Positions 1 to 8,782 of a DNA stretch of 64,000 nt are shown here, piece by piece. The notes under the pieces were generated by a model. It searched no databases and was not told where the DNA came from. It was given only the letters and a program-made list of their open reading frames with translations. The number at the start of each line of letters is the position of its first letter. Positions within the stretch are counted from its first letter, which is position 1. Made by a program: the position numbers and the translations under genes. This DNA is from Planctomycetota bacterium. Its GTDB lineage: Bacteria; Planctomycetota; UBA11346. The stretch is from positions 3,808-67,807 of the forward strand of contig JBIILZ010000004.1 in assembly GCA_044338255.1 (NCBI GenBank), written 5' to 3'.

Positions 1-2013
1 CTGGAGATCGGCCAGCCAGGTCATGGTGTCCATGTCCGAGAGCGCGATCTTCACCTTGCTGCCAATGGATAAATCGACTTCGTCGTCATCGGCATCCAGG
101 TCATCGAGCCCGGCGGTGAGATCAGGGATCATGGTGTCACCAGCCCCGGATCGAGGGTGGCGGTGATGCGCTTCGATGGCGCTAACGCTGGTCACAATAC
201 GCTGATTCAAGGCGTGCAGGGTCAGGCGAAATGCTTCTACCGAGCTTTCCAGACGCTTGAGGAGATTCGTGGTCATCAGCGCCTGAAGGCTGCGTTCACG
301 ATCCAGCTGATGGAACTTGCGACCACCCGCGACCTCAGTGTCGTAGAGGTCTTGGTACTTCGCTAGTCGGCTGGGCAGGATGTAGGTGAGCGGTGCATAG
401 ACCGCCATTTTCATTTGCGAGAGATGGTCGAAGATCTCGTTGAATCCCAAGACATCCGTGCGATGCGTCAGCGGGCAGTGGTACGACTTGGGCTTCAGCC
501 GCTCGGGGAACTGACCGATGTCGGTGGTGTCGTAGAACTGCGTGATGTGCTTGCGCGAACGCGCGATGGTGACGCTGTCGAGCAACTCGAAGAAATCGAA
601 GTTGAGACGATCGAGGATGGCCTGCGTGGTGCGCTGGGCTGGCTCTAGCGCCGACCATTCATTAAACGCCCGCTGGGCTGAGCGGAAGATCTCATCGACG
701 GTCGTGTGGGTGCGCAGCTTGGCACTGAGCTTGGCTTCATCGCCCTCATAGGCCAAGGCGATCTGATTCTTGAGGTCGTTAAAGCGGTTGTTGACCGGGG
801 TGGCTGAAAGCATCAGCACTTTGGTTTTGACGCCGGACCTGATGACCTTGTTCATCAGCAGTTGATACCGTGTTTCTCGATCCTTGACGGCATCATTGTT
901 GCGGAAGTTGTGCGATTCGTCGATCACCACGAGATCGTAGTTACCCCAATTCACGCGATTCAGCGGCATGCCGTTGGAGGTGCCGCTGGTGCGCGACAAA
1001 TCCGTGTGGCAGAGGACATCGTAGCTGAAGCGGTCAGCCGCGAAGATGTTGGTGGTGAGATTGCGATTGAAATTGAGCCAGTTGTCGGAGAGCTTTTTCG
1101 GGCACAGGACCAGAACGGACTTATTGCGCAGTTCATAGTACTTGATGACTGCCAAGGCGGTGAATGTTTTGCCAAGGCCGACGCTGTCAGCGAGAATGCA
1201 ACCGTTATAAGTTTCCAGTTTATTAATGATGCCGGTGGCGGCATCGCGCTGGAAATTAAATAATTTTTTCCAGATCAGGGTGTCCAGGTAGCCGGTACGG
1301 TCGTTGGGCAGGACGTCCTCGTTGATGTCGTCGAGGAACTCTTTGAAGATGTTGTACAACAGGTGGAAGTAGACCCGTTCAGGCGGATTTTCCTGGTATA
1401 CCGTCTCGATGTGACGGCAGAGCTCTTCGGTGACGTCCTGAAGCTTGCTGGTATCAGCCCAAATCTGATTGAAGAGCGCAACGAAGGTTTGCGCGTTTTC
1501 CGCCGTATCCATGCGGGTAACCACATTGGAGACGGCGTTGCCCTTCTGGTAACCGAGATCGACGGCACTGAAGCCATGAATCGGCAGATAGCAGGTGCGG
1601 TCATCCTTGGCGCTGACGCAGGCGAATTGCTGCATCGGGGCTTTGGTGTTGTTGGAGCGGAACGCGGCCTTGCGACGGATCCAGTCAGCGCACTCGCGGG
1701 CAATGGCCTTTTGGGTCATCTGGTTGCGCAGGTGAATCTCGAACTCGGTTCCATACAGACTGCGTTCGCGGTCGAGCTTGGGGATGAAGAACTCGCGATG
1801 TTCTTTGCGCACATGATCGGCGTGCTCATCGGGCAAGAAGGTCGGCGCGGTGAAGATGAACTCCAGGCCATCGACTTTTTGCAGCGCCTGTCTGAGTACC
1901 TCATAGGCGTACATCGAAAAACATGAGGCGGCGATCTGCACCTTGCTGCCGGCGCGTATCGTCTGCTTAAGGTCGTCGCCCAGGAGATCGTTGATGTTGT
2001 CGATGATCTTCAT
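1..2013 (-). CDS. SNF2-family helicase with an N-terminal PLD-like (HKD-nuclease-like) region; C-terminus truncated by the window edge
   Basis: Not in the ORF track because it runs off the edge. My translation from ATG at 2013-2011 is open to nt 1 (671 codons): MKIIDNINDLLGDDLKQTIRAGSKVQIAASCF... Motif I is ILADSVGLGKT, motif II is VVIDESHNFRN (DESH) and motif III is MLSATPVNN. No minus-strand ORF fragment is listed in this frame, which fits one uninterrupted frame. Confidence 0.8.
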   Translation of the reverse strand, partial: MKIIDNINDLLGDDLKQTIRAGSKVQIAASCFSMYAYEVLRQALQKVDGLEFIFTAPTFLPDEHADHVRKEHREFFIPKLDRERSLYGTEFEIHLRNQMTQKAIARECADWIRRKAAFRSNNTKAPMQQFACVSAKDDRTCYLPIHGFSAVDLGYQKGNAVSNVVTRMDTAENAQTFVALFNQIWADTSKLQDVTEELCRHIETVYQENPPERVYFHLLYNIFKEFLDDINEDVLPNDRTGYLDTLIWKKLFNFQRDAATGIINKLETYNGCILADSVGLGKTFTALAVIKYYELRNKSVLVLCPKKLSDNWLNFNRNLTTNIFAADRFSYDVLCHTDLSRTSGTSNGMPLNRVNWGNYDLVVIDESHNFRNNDAVKDRETRYQLLMNKVIRSGVKTKVLMLSATPVNNRFNDLKNQIALAYEGDEAKLSAKLRTHTTVDEIFRSAQRAFNEWSALEPAQRTTQAILDRLNFDFFELLDSVTIARSRKHITQFYDTTDIGQFPERLKPKSYHCPLTHRTDVLGFNEIFDHLSQMKMAVYAPLTYILPSRLAKYQDLYDTEVAGGRKFHQLDRERSLQALMTTNLLKRLESSVEAFRLTLHALNQRIVTSVSAIEAHHRHPRSGAGDTMIPDLTAGLDDLDADDDEVDLSIGSKVKIALSDMDTMTWLADLQ

Positions 2014-2086
2014 GACGCGACCACGTATCGCCGCATGTGCGGGCATCCGGGCACGGACGCTCCGATCATGGTCATAATAATAGGGG

Positions 2087-2317
2087 TCACGAGCGGCCCT
2101 TCTTGACGGGCAGGGGCTTTTTCAGCGCCGCTGGAATGGAGTGGATGTCACGGGCCAGGGCGTCGATGTCCGCCTTCAGCAGCATCCGGTAGCCGTTTAC
2201 CGGATGGCGCTTGGCGCGTAGCAGGCCAGCAATCACCCAATTGCGCACGGTTCCAGCCGTAACTCCGAGGCACTTTGCGGCTTCGCTGACCAACATGAAC
2301 TCGGGGGCGGACGGCAT
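2087..2317 (-). CDS. MerR/excisionase-family helix-turn-helix DNA-binding protein
   Basis: 76 aa. The pattern MLVSEAAKCLGVTAGTVRNWVIAGLLRAKRHPVNGYRMLLKADIDAL matches excisionase/MerR-type HTH proteins. It lies directly upstream of, and co-oriented with, the SNF2 helicase gene. Confidence 0.7.
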   Translation of the reverse strand: MPSAPEFMLVSEAAKCLGVTAGTVRNWVIAGLLRAKRHPVNGYRMLLKADIDALARDIHSIPAALKKPLPVKKGRS

Positions 2318-2724
2318 GTGGCCACCCTATGGCATGGTGGGGTTAGTCAAACCCTACAAAGCGTTCAAACCAGGGGGCTTCGAGGACCTACGGCAAGCCC
2401 CAATTGGAAGGCACTTTGTCGAGCTGGTACTGAGTCATCGGGAGGCTCGGGGCCACGCACGCCAGATCGTGATTAGGTGCAATGGAGTTGGACTTCATTT
2501 CGAGGCGCTACCGCTGCGAAGTCACGTTCAGTTCCGGCTGCGTTCGATGGCACTTTGTGATGGTGAATTTCAACCGGAATCGGCTGCATTATTTTGTGTA
2601 CGCCAACCAGCGATTTCATGCGCAGGTTTTTTTTTGAGGATGTTTTTTTTTCAAAAATGTTCTTGAGGCATCGCCACCAAGCACCGTCCGGTGATGGCCG
2701 ATTGCCAACGCTTGAAAGAGGTAG

Positions 2725-2787
2725 CCAGACAGCCTTTTCCCGGATAGATTTCGCTTCGCGAAATCTATCCGGGAAAAGGCTGTCTGG
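2725..2787. repeat. Perfect 30-bp inverted repeat (hairpin with a 3-nt loop)
   Basis: ccagacagccttttcccggatagatttcgc / ttc / gcgaaatctatccgggaaaaggctgtctgg. The arms are exact reverse complements. ORFs on both strands reading through it give mirrored peptides, so it is non-coding. Confidence 0.9.
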
Positions 2788-2886
2788 TGATGATTTCCGG
2801 CAGCGAATAGCGCCAACAAAGGCAGCTCATTGTTCCGGCGAGAGCAAACTGCCCGAGTTGCGATTACGGGTCACCACAACCTTCCT

Positions 2887-3205
2887 AGGTGTCGACAAGG
2901 TGTTCCTGAGGTGTCGTCTCTTGTAGGTCTTGTAAATACAGCTCTTTATCTCCTCAGTCGACACCTTCGACACCTCGACACCTCTTTTAGAGACTCTGAG
3001 AGAATAATTGTGTCAGTGGAAAAGTGGTTGTGGACTCTGACTTCAGGCCATCTTTCCCAAGTAAAAAACCATAATGCGGATGTACACATCTAGCCCTATG
3101 CCGCAAAGCGCGAGGGCCATTGGTGTCGAGGTGCCAGTTCGAGTCATAACGATATGCCAGGAAATGGATTCGGCCAAATAACACCTGTTTTGACACCTCC
3201 GACAC
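2887..3205. promoter_or_regulatory. Cluster of about 10 iteron-like 8-mers, CGACACCT / AGGTGTCG
   Basis: AGGTGTCG occurs at 2887 and 2909, with the variant AGGTGTT at 2898. CGACACCT occurs at 2959, 2968 and 2976 in head-to-tail order. GGTGTCG is at 3122, ACACCT at 3181, GACACCT at 3192 and CGACAC at 3200. The region has no convincing ORF and lies upstream of the HTH-helicase operon. Confidence 0.55.
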
Positions 3206-3365
3206 TGGTATTTCATAGTCTCGTGGGTTGGACGATGGGTGAAATGAGGCGATTGTGATAGGAGGTCACCATGATGAATCGTCATAGACGGCCGGGGCGC
3301 AGTAAAAAAAAGCCAGCTTCCGGAAAGCCGGAAGCTGGCCATTGCTTCAGTTATTGTCCTGCAAT

Positions 3366-4271
3366 TTACGCTGCGATCTCTTTCGCCACGGAGCGACGAG
3401 CACGCAAGGCAATGTTGATGTCATCCCGCAGGGAACGCAGAGCAATGAGGCTGACAGTGGTCCATGACTTCACTTCTTTCATCGAAGTCGTCAAAGAATT
3501 TACGGCTGTCAGAGCATTCTTTTCATTATCGCTGGGGCTCTCCTCGGAGACGCTTGGCTGTGCCGTGGGAGTCGCAGAAGATTTATATTCATTGATGATG
3601 CGAATTGCCTGATGGAGGGACGTCTCTTTCGCAACTAACGCACGACAATGCGTGCCACTGCGAGCAACGTGAACATATTGCTCGACCTGACTTTGGCTGA
3701 ATCCACGATCTTTCCCAAGGACCTCACGAAACCACACGTGGACCGCATGGGAACGCTTTTTCGATTCGCCGAGCACAAAATTTGTGCCCACATTTTCGTA
3801 TGCGGCCAATACCAAGTCAGCACGCTCCAGCAGGGAAAGTTCACGGGTGGCAAGCTCCTGAAATGCAGCCGCTGGACCATCTTCCACCACCTGAGTGGTG
3901 GGCTTGATCTGCAATTCATTACAAATATTCATCAGCGTGCCGCCAGACCACACGACACCCTTTGAATCCACGAGGATTGGACGAGGGAGCCCAAATTTCT
4001 GCACGTACGCCTTTTCAGCCTCATAGTGCGGCCCGCAAGTTTCGGGAATGGGCAGACCGGGAATCTGGGCCAAGCCGGTAATGAAGGAACCGTCTGGGCG
4101 CGAGTCATTGTCGTGTAGGTTGTCTTGTGGATCTGCCACCACAGTAGATTTCTCATCAATGCGCATGCTGGGCTTGCGCTTTTTTGCTACGGCGCATGGC
4201 TGACTGGCGGTGGGGTCGATCTCTCCTTTGACATCAGAGGGAGAGAAGGTGGTGGGTGTTGAGGAATTCAT
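3366..4271 (-). CDS. Hypothetical protein with a possible degenerate ParB-N-like region
   Basis: Start chosen at MNSSTPTT (ATG 4271-4269). The segment PRPILVDSKGVVWSGGTLMNICNELQIKPTTQVV resembles the ParB N-terminal core but has GG where GxxR/HHR is expected. The functional call is weak. Confidence 0.4.
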   Translation of the reverse strand: MNSSTPTTFSPSDVKGEIDPTASQPCAVAKKRKPSMRIDEKSTVVADPQDNLHDNDSRPDGSFITGLAQIPGLPIPETCGPHYEAEKAYVQKFGLPRPILVDSKGVVWSGGTLMNICNELQIKPTTQVVEDGPAAAFQELATRELSLLERADLVLAAYENVGTNFVLGESKKRSHAVHVWFREVLGKDRGFSQSQVEQYVHVARSGTHCRALVAKETSLHQAIRIINEYKSSATPTAQPSVSEESPSDNEKNALTAVNSLTTSMKEVKSWTTVSLIALRSLRDDINIALRARRSVAKEIAA

Positions 4272-5155
4272 GGAAGTGCGTCCTTGGTCTGGATTGACGG
4301 CACATGGGTGCCGAAAAAGCAAAGCCCGAGAACCACACAACGACCGGCCCAAGGGAATCCCTGGGGCATAGGCATCAACTTCGATTTAGCGCGAGGGTGA
4401 CGCATCGTACATCCGGTAGCAGTGAGGGGCTCGGGTCGGAAGCGCGGGCAAAGCCGTGGTTCCGATAGATTCGGAAGCGCGGACGAAGCCGTGATTCCGA
4501 TATGTGCCCCCCGACACGCGTACGTGACCGGGATGGATGCGTCGTTGACGAGGAGCCTGATCGCTCGCTCGGCTGAGGAAGCTGTTGCCAGCTGTGGCGG
4601 TGACAGCCGCCGTCCTCTGAAAACACTATGAGCGTCAATCATAAATATGCAAGAACACCCTATAAAATGCGGCCATTTCAGGAGATAAGGTATCTGGCGA
4701 TCAAAACATCGTCGGCGCGCCGCAACTCTGCGGCCACCTCATCACCGGTGGCCATGTTGGCTGCCGGGTTCATCCCCAGCACCGAGGGCAGACCCATGAT
4801 CACGATCCACGAACAGCAGCTTTCATCCATGCGCCTGAACAGTCGGGAGGCGAGTGGCGGTGTCGCCGCCAGCTACTTCGAACGTCGCCACCATCAACTA
4901 CCACGCGACTGGCCCAGCGCGGTGTCGCGATTTCTGGATCGTGGCCCTGGACGGAATCTGCCTAAACCAAGTGCTGCGTCGCAGCCGTTGCCCAGACGCC
5001 GCGCGGCCTGAGTTGGTCGCCATCACGGTGCGAGTTTTCACCGACTCGCATCAGCGACTGTCTCACTGCCGACCATGGCAAGCCATGCCAGCCAACATCT
5101 GCATGGCTGTCATCTTGAGAACCCGCAAGCCACTGCGCACGATGGGCTGTTAGCT

Positions 5156-5446
5156 ATGGCAGAATCACGACCACCGGACCGACGAGTACTCTCAGTACGC
5201 CTTACGATCAAACAGATCCAACGTCTGAAGCGGGTGTGCCGCGATGGCGCAGGTAAACCGTTATATTTGACATTGGCTGGCTTGGTCGAGGCGGCTCTCA
5301 ACGCTGAACTCGATCGCGTCGAAAAAATTCTGGATCAGAGCATTGTCGATCCTGACGAGACCACGCTGTTGGATCGGCGCACGAAGCCGATCACCGGACG
5401 CATGTCGCGGATCAATAACTCGCAAGCGCGTTCCTCTTTGGAATAG
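5156..5446 (+). CDS. Small ribbon-helix-helix-like protein (hypothetical)
   Basis: MAESRPPDRRVLSVRLTIKQIQRLKRVCRDG... has the beta-strand then helix pattern of CopG/RHH proteins. It lies directly upstream of the EcsC-like gene. Confidence 0.4.
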   Translation: MAESRPPDRRVLSVRLTIKQIQRLKRVCRDGAGKPLYLTLAGLVEAALNAELDRVEKILDQSIVDPDETTLLDRRTKPITGRMSRINNSQARSSLE

Positions 5447-5479
5447 CACGGAAGTTATTTCAGGAACCAGGGAAATCAG

Positions 5480-6109
5480 ATGAGCAACGACGTCAGCACC
5501 CATACCGCCACCACCGCGCAGCGCATTCAAAACGCGTTGATGGACATCGTGGGGTCGGTGCCGACGCCGAGTTGTACAACCTCATCGAATCCTAAGCAGG
5601 AAGCCAGCAAGCTGGTGTCTCGTGCCAAAGCACAGGCTTCTGCCATCGCGGGCAGTTTGGCGTTGCCGCCGGGGCCATTTGGAATGATCACCATTGTTCC
5701 AGATATAATCATGATCTGGAAAACTCAGGCGCAGCTCGTCGCCGATATTGCGGCTCTCTATGGCAAGACCACCGAGCTGAAGCAGGAGGCGATGTTGTAT
5801 TGTCTGTTCCGCCACGGTGTCGCCAGCCTTGCTCGCGATGTCCTCATGCGTGTGGGCGAACGTGTCGTTATTCGTCGTGCTGGGCTGCGCTTTATGCAAA
5901 AGATGCTCGCCCAGGTTGGCGTTCGGATCACGCAAAAAGTCATCGGTAAAACCATTGCGCGGTGGATCCCGCTTGCGGGTGCCGTCGCGGTGGCGGGCTA
6001 TGCGTGGCATGATACCGCTAAAGTTGGCGAGACGGCGATCGACTTGTTCAGCCAGCAACTGGCGCTTGATGATAAAACTACGGAGGACGCACCCGTACCT
6101 GCCGCGTGA
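5480..6109 (+). CDS. EcsC-family protein
   Basis: 209 aa. LALPPGPFGMITIVPDIIMIWKTQAQLVADIAALYGK, followed by a C-terminal IPLAGAVAVAGYAWHDT, matches the conserved EcsC core pattern. Confidence 0.55.
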   Translation: MSNDVSTHTATTAQRIQNALMDIVGSVPTPSCTTSSNPKQEASKLVSRAKAQASAIAGSLALPPGPFGMITIVPDIIMIWKTQAQLVADIAALYGKTTELKQEAMLYCLFRHGVASLARDVLMRVGERVVIRRAGLRFMQKMLAQVGVRITQKVIGKTIARWIPLAGAVAVAGYAWHDTAKVGETAIDLFSQQLALDDKTTEDAPVPAA

Positions 6110-6203
6110 CCGTGTGCGCACAGAATCTGCCTCATCACGTTACCCCGCCGATTTCTCGGCGGGGTTATTCTTATCCATCTTCTTCGCACCAAAGGCACTT
6201 ACC

Positions 6204-6686
6204 ATGGCCATGAAATTGATCGTCACCATTTCCAAGAAAATTCCTGGTCCGCAGGACTATTCGTCCACCCAATCGTCGGTTTCTATCGAAGGCGAATTAG
6301 CCATCGGCCAAGATCCCGTGATTGAGGCAGCGCGGCTTCAGGCCCAAGCCGTTCAGGCCGTAGATCAGTTTCTTGGCCTCGCTCCCCAGGTTCAGACAGC
6401 GATTGCCCCGCCACAACCGGCGAACACGCACGCGTCATCGCATGCTGCTGCCCCAGGCGCACGTCCCGAGGTGACAACTGCTTCTCGCCCCTATCGCACT
6501 GGAAACCAGCGCCGCAGTGCGATCACACCAGCGCAAATGCGCTTTCTTCAGACACTGATCACGGACACCAACACGTCGCTGCCAGCCATCTTGGCGCATC
6601 ATGAGATTGGCGGTTTAGATCAGTTGTCAGCAGCAGCGGCGAGCTCGTTGATCGACGAGCTGCGCGCACGCGCGGTGCGGGCATGA
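6204..6686 (+). CDS. Hypothetical island protein
   Basis: An internal ATG at 6204 (MAMKLIVTISKKIPGPQDY...) avoids overlap with the EcsC gene. The stop overlaps the start of the next gene (ATGA at 6683). No motif recognised. Confidence 0.45.
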   Translation: MAMKLIVTISKKIPGPQDYSSTQSSVSIEGELAIGQDPVIEAARLQAQAVQAVDQFLGLAPQVQTAIAPPQPANTHASSHAAAPGARPEVTTASRPYRTGNQRRSAITPAQMRFLQTLITDTNTSLPAILAHHEIGGLDQLSAAAASSLIDELRARAVRA

Positions 6687-7498
6687 CGAACGTCACCATC
6701 ATTCCGCCAGGCACGGAAACGGCTGAGGTATATCGGGCGTCCGGCGCGTGGGGCAGTAGTTTGATCTCAAAATTCTTGGCTTCGCCCAGATTGGCCCACG
6801 CGATCAAAACTGGCGCTTACAAAGAGCCAGAGACAGCAGCGATGCGCACCGGAACGTATTTCCATCAACTACTTGATCCCGGATCTGGCTTTGACCAACA
6901 CCATCGCTGTGGTCCTGACGCCGATCGACGCACGACCATCTGGAAAACAGCTGAAGCCGCTGCGAAGGACGAAGGCATTGCCTTGCTGCCGAAAGATGAT
7001 TGGGACGCGCTCCATCGCATGGCAGACAGCGTGCGCTCGAATCCCGTGGCAGCGTCGCTGCTACACGGGGCAGAACATGAAACTGGATTTCGCATGGCGC
7101 ATGGCCCTATTCAGCTCCAAGGCCGGACAGATCTTCTACACCGATGGGACCACCTCGCTGATCTCAAGACGACGACCGACCTCAATGACTTCGGCAAATC
7201 CGTTGTCAATTATGGCTATCACCGGCAAGCCGCACTCTACCGCTGGATTGTACATGAGGCGTGTGGCAAGTGGTTGCCGTTCTCATTTATTTTAGTTGAG
7301 AAGGCGGAGCCATTTTATCGTTGCCGCGTGATCGACCTGACCGATGAATTCCTTGAGATCGGCCAATCCGAAGTCGAGTCGGCATTGGCGGACATCGTTG
7401 ATCGCACTGTGCGCAATGACTGGTCGGATCATCGTGATGCTGACTCCATTGCGCCACCGCATTGGCTTCGCGAATCCATGCACCAACGCGCTGCCTGA
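6683..7498 (+). CDS. PD-(D/E)XK nuclease (RecE/exonuclease VIII-like, DUF3799-like)
   Basis: 271 aa. GRTDLL...HLADLKTT is a D...(D/E)xK arrangement, followed by YGYHRQAALY, as in phage or ICE RecE-like PD-(D/E)XK nucleases. Confidence 0.6.
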   Translation: MTNVTIIPPGTETAEVYRASGAWGSSLISKFLASPRLAHAIKTGAYKEPETAAMRTGTYFHQLLDPGSGFDQHHRCGPDADRRTTIWKTAEAAAKDEGIALLPKDDWDALHRMADSVRSNPVAASLLHGAEHETGFRMAHGPIQLQGRTDLLHRWDHLADLKTTTDLNDFGKSVVNYGYHRQAALYRWIVHEACGKWLPFSFILVEKAEPFYRCRVIDLTDEFLEIGQSEVESALADIVDRTVRNDWSDHRDADSIAPPHWLRESMHQRAA

Positions 7499-7509
7499 TA
7501 TAGGAGGTT

Positions 7510-8358
7510 TTGATGACTGACGCATCCAAGACGCCAACGCGGTTGATCCCATTCGATGAGTGCATCGACAACCTTATCGTACGCATACAGCCCACTGACG
7601 CGGACGATTGCGCATGGTGGGCGGACGAGGGCGCATGGAGGAAACGCACGACCATTGGCCCGTTCATTGGCTTGACGGGAGTCATGAAGCCCAATTCGCT
7701 CACCGTTGTCCAAGCGCCCCGTCTGTTGGCAGCTGATGTGACTCTCGCCACCGCACTCGCCGTGGCGCATGCCGGCGGACACGTGCTCGTTGTCGATTTG
7801 CGCGATGCCGAAATAGATGTCGTGCAGCGCATCGGGCTGGTTCATGTGGGTATGCCTGAGTTATCGCATTCACGATTAGCCATGAATGCTGCAACGGCTA
7901 ATGACATCGCAACTCGCCTAATGGAACTCAGTGCGCTGCCGATTACGGTGGCGGTTGATCGACATCTGAAAATGTCCGATCTCTCGTCGTTGACGATCAA
8001 ATGGGCTTTAGCTCAGTCGAAGCCTGATCTACCATTTTCAATCGGCCTTCTGGTCATCACGGGTGTTGAGCGCATGGTGCACGACGCTGAGCAGTGGCGT
8101 GCGTTGAGTATTATAGCGAGGCAGGTGCGCTGTTCGATGTTGGTGGCGTTGGCGACGGAAGAGCGACCGCAGGCAGATGAATACCGCAAGTCGGACGACC
8201 GTGCCGATACATGGATCCGATGCGATGAGATGGTTGAAATACATACAGAAAGAAGCGGAACGTATCAGCCAGTCTTAGAACGTTGTTGGCTTCGGCCACC
8301 AACCACATTGCCAATGATCGTGCATGATCCATTACGTGGTCGTTGTACGATAAGCTAA
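7510..8358 (+). CDS. DnaB-C-terminal/RecA-fold-like protein lacking a Walker A motif
   Basis: The layout resembles the DnaB C-terminal domain: VLVVDLRDAEIDVVQRI, IGLLVITGVERM, SIIARQVRCSMLVALATEER and DRADTWIRCDEMVEIH. No GxxGxGK[ST] is present at the expected position (QAPRLLAADVTLA). Confidence 0.4.
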   Translation: MMTDASKTPTRLIPFDECIDNLIVRIQPTDADDCAWWADEGAWRKRTTIGPFIGLTGVMKPNSLTVVQAPRLLAADVTLATALAVAHAGGHVLVVDLRDAEIDVVQRIGLVHVGMPELSHSRLAMNAATANDIATRLMELSALPITVAVDRHLKMSDLSSLTIKWALAQSKPDLPFSIGLLVITGVERMVHDAEQWRALSIIARQVRCSMLVALATEERPQADEYRKSDDRADTWIRCDEMVEIHTERSGTYQPVLERCWLRPPTTLPMIVHDPLRGRCTIS

Positions 8359-8455
8359 TCACTGATTCACCGAAGAACTATGCGCTCGTTGCGCACGGCA
8401 ATCACCACCAGCACTGGCTTTTCAGCCGGGGCGTTTTCGTTTCTGGAGAAACCCC

Positions 8456-8671
8456 ATGTCCAAACTCAAGCGCCGCTATTCTTGGCCATCCTCGAAAATA
8501 TCGAAGGATGTCATGTTTGAGGTCTATCAGGTGGCACAGGAAACTGGTCGACCGATCACTGACATCATTGCTGATGCGGTGCACAGCGCGATGAACACAC
8601 GGTTCGACCAGAACCAACGTCAGCCCATCGGTTTCATCCAGACCCAGCAGTCGCCGAGACCGGCAGCCTGA
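8456..8671 (+). CDS. Small hypothetical protein (possible RHH-like)
   Basis: 71 aa, co-oriented between island genes. No strong motif. Confidence 0.35.
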   Translation: MSKLKRRYSWPSSKISKDVMFEVYQVAQETGRPITDIIADAVHSAMNTRFDQNQRQPIGFIQTQQSPRPAA

Positions 8672-8782
8672 TTCGGATGCCTTGACCATCATTCACGACT
8701 TCTGGCGGACCGAGCAAGCTGTCCGCATCTTCCACGGCAATTTCGCAAATCTCTAACACCCATTACACAGAGGATTCATTTC

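Noticed and set aside
2725-2754. Possible relatedness between the island-1 hairpin arm (…agccttttcccggatagat…) and the 23-bp TIR at 40569 (…agcctgtcgggaatagat)
   Set aside because: Similarity is limited to short patches (agcc, ggaatagat versus ggatagat) with gaps. That is not enough to claim a common repeat family without a genome-wide search.
5817-6203. N-terminal 129 codons of the 289-aa track ORF overlapping the EcsC gene
   Set aside because: It overlaps the EcsC-family CDS out of frame. An internal ATG at 6204, in the 94-bp gap after the EcsC stop, gives a non-overlapping gene.
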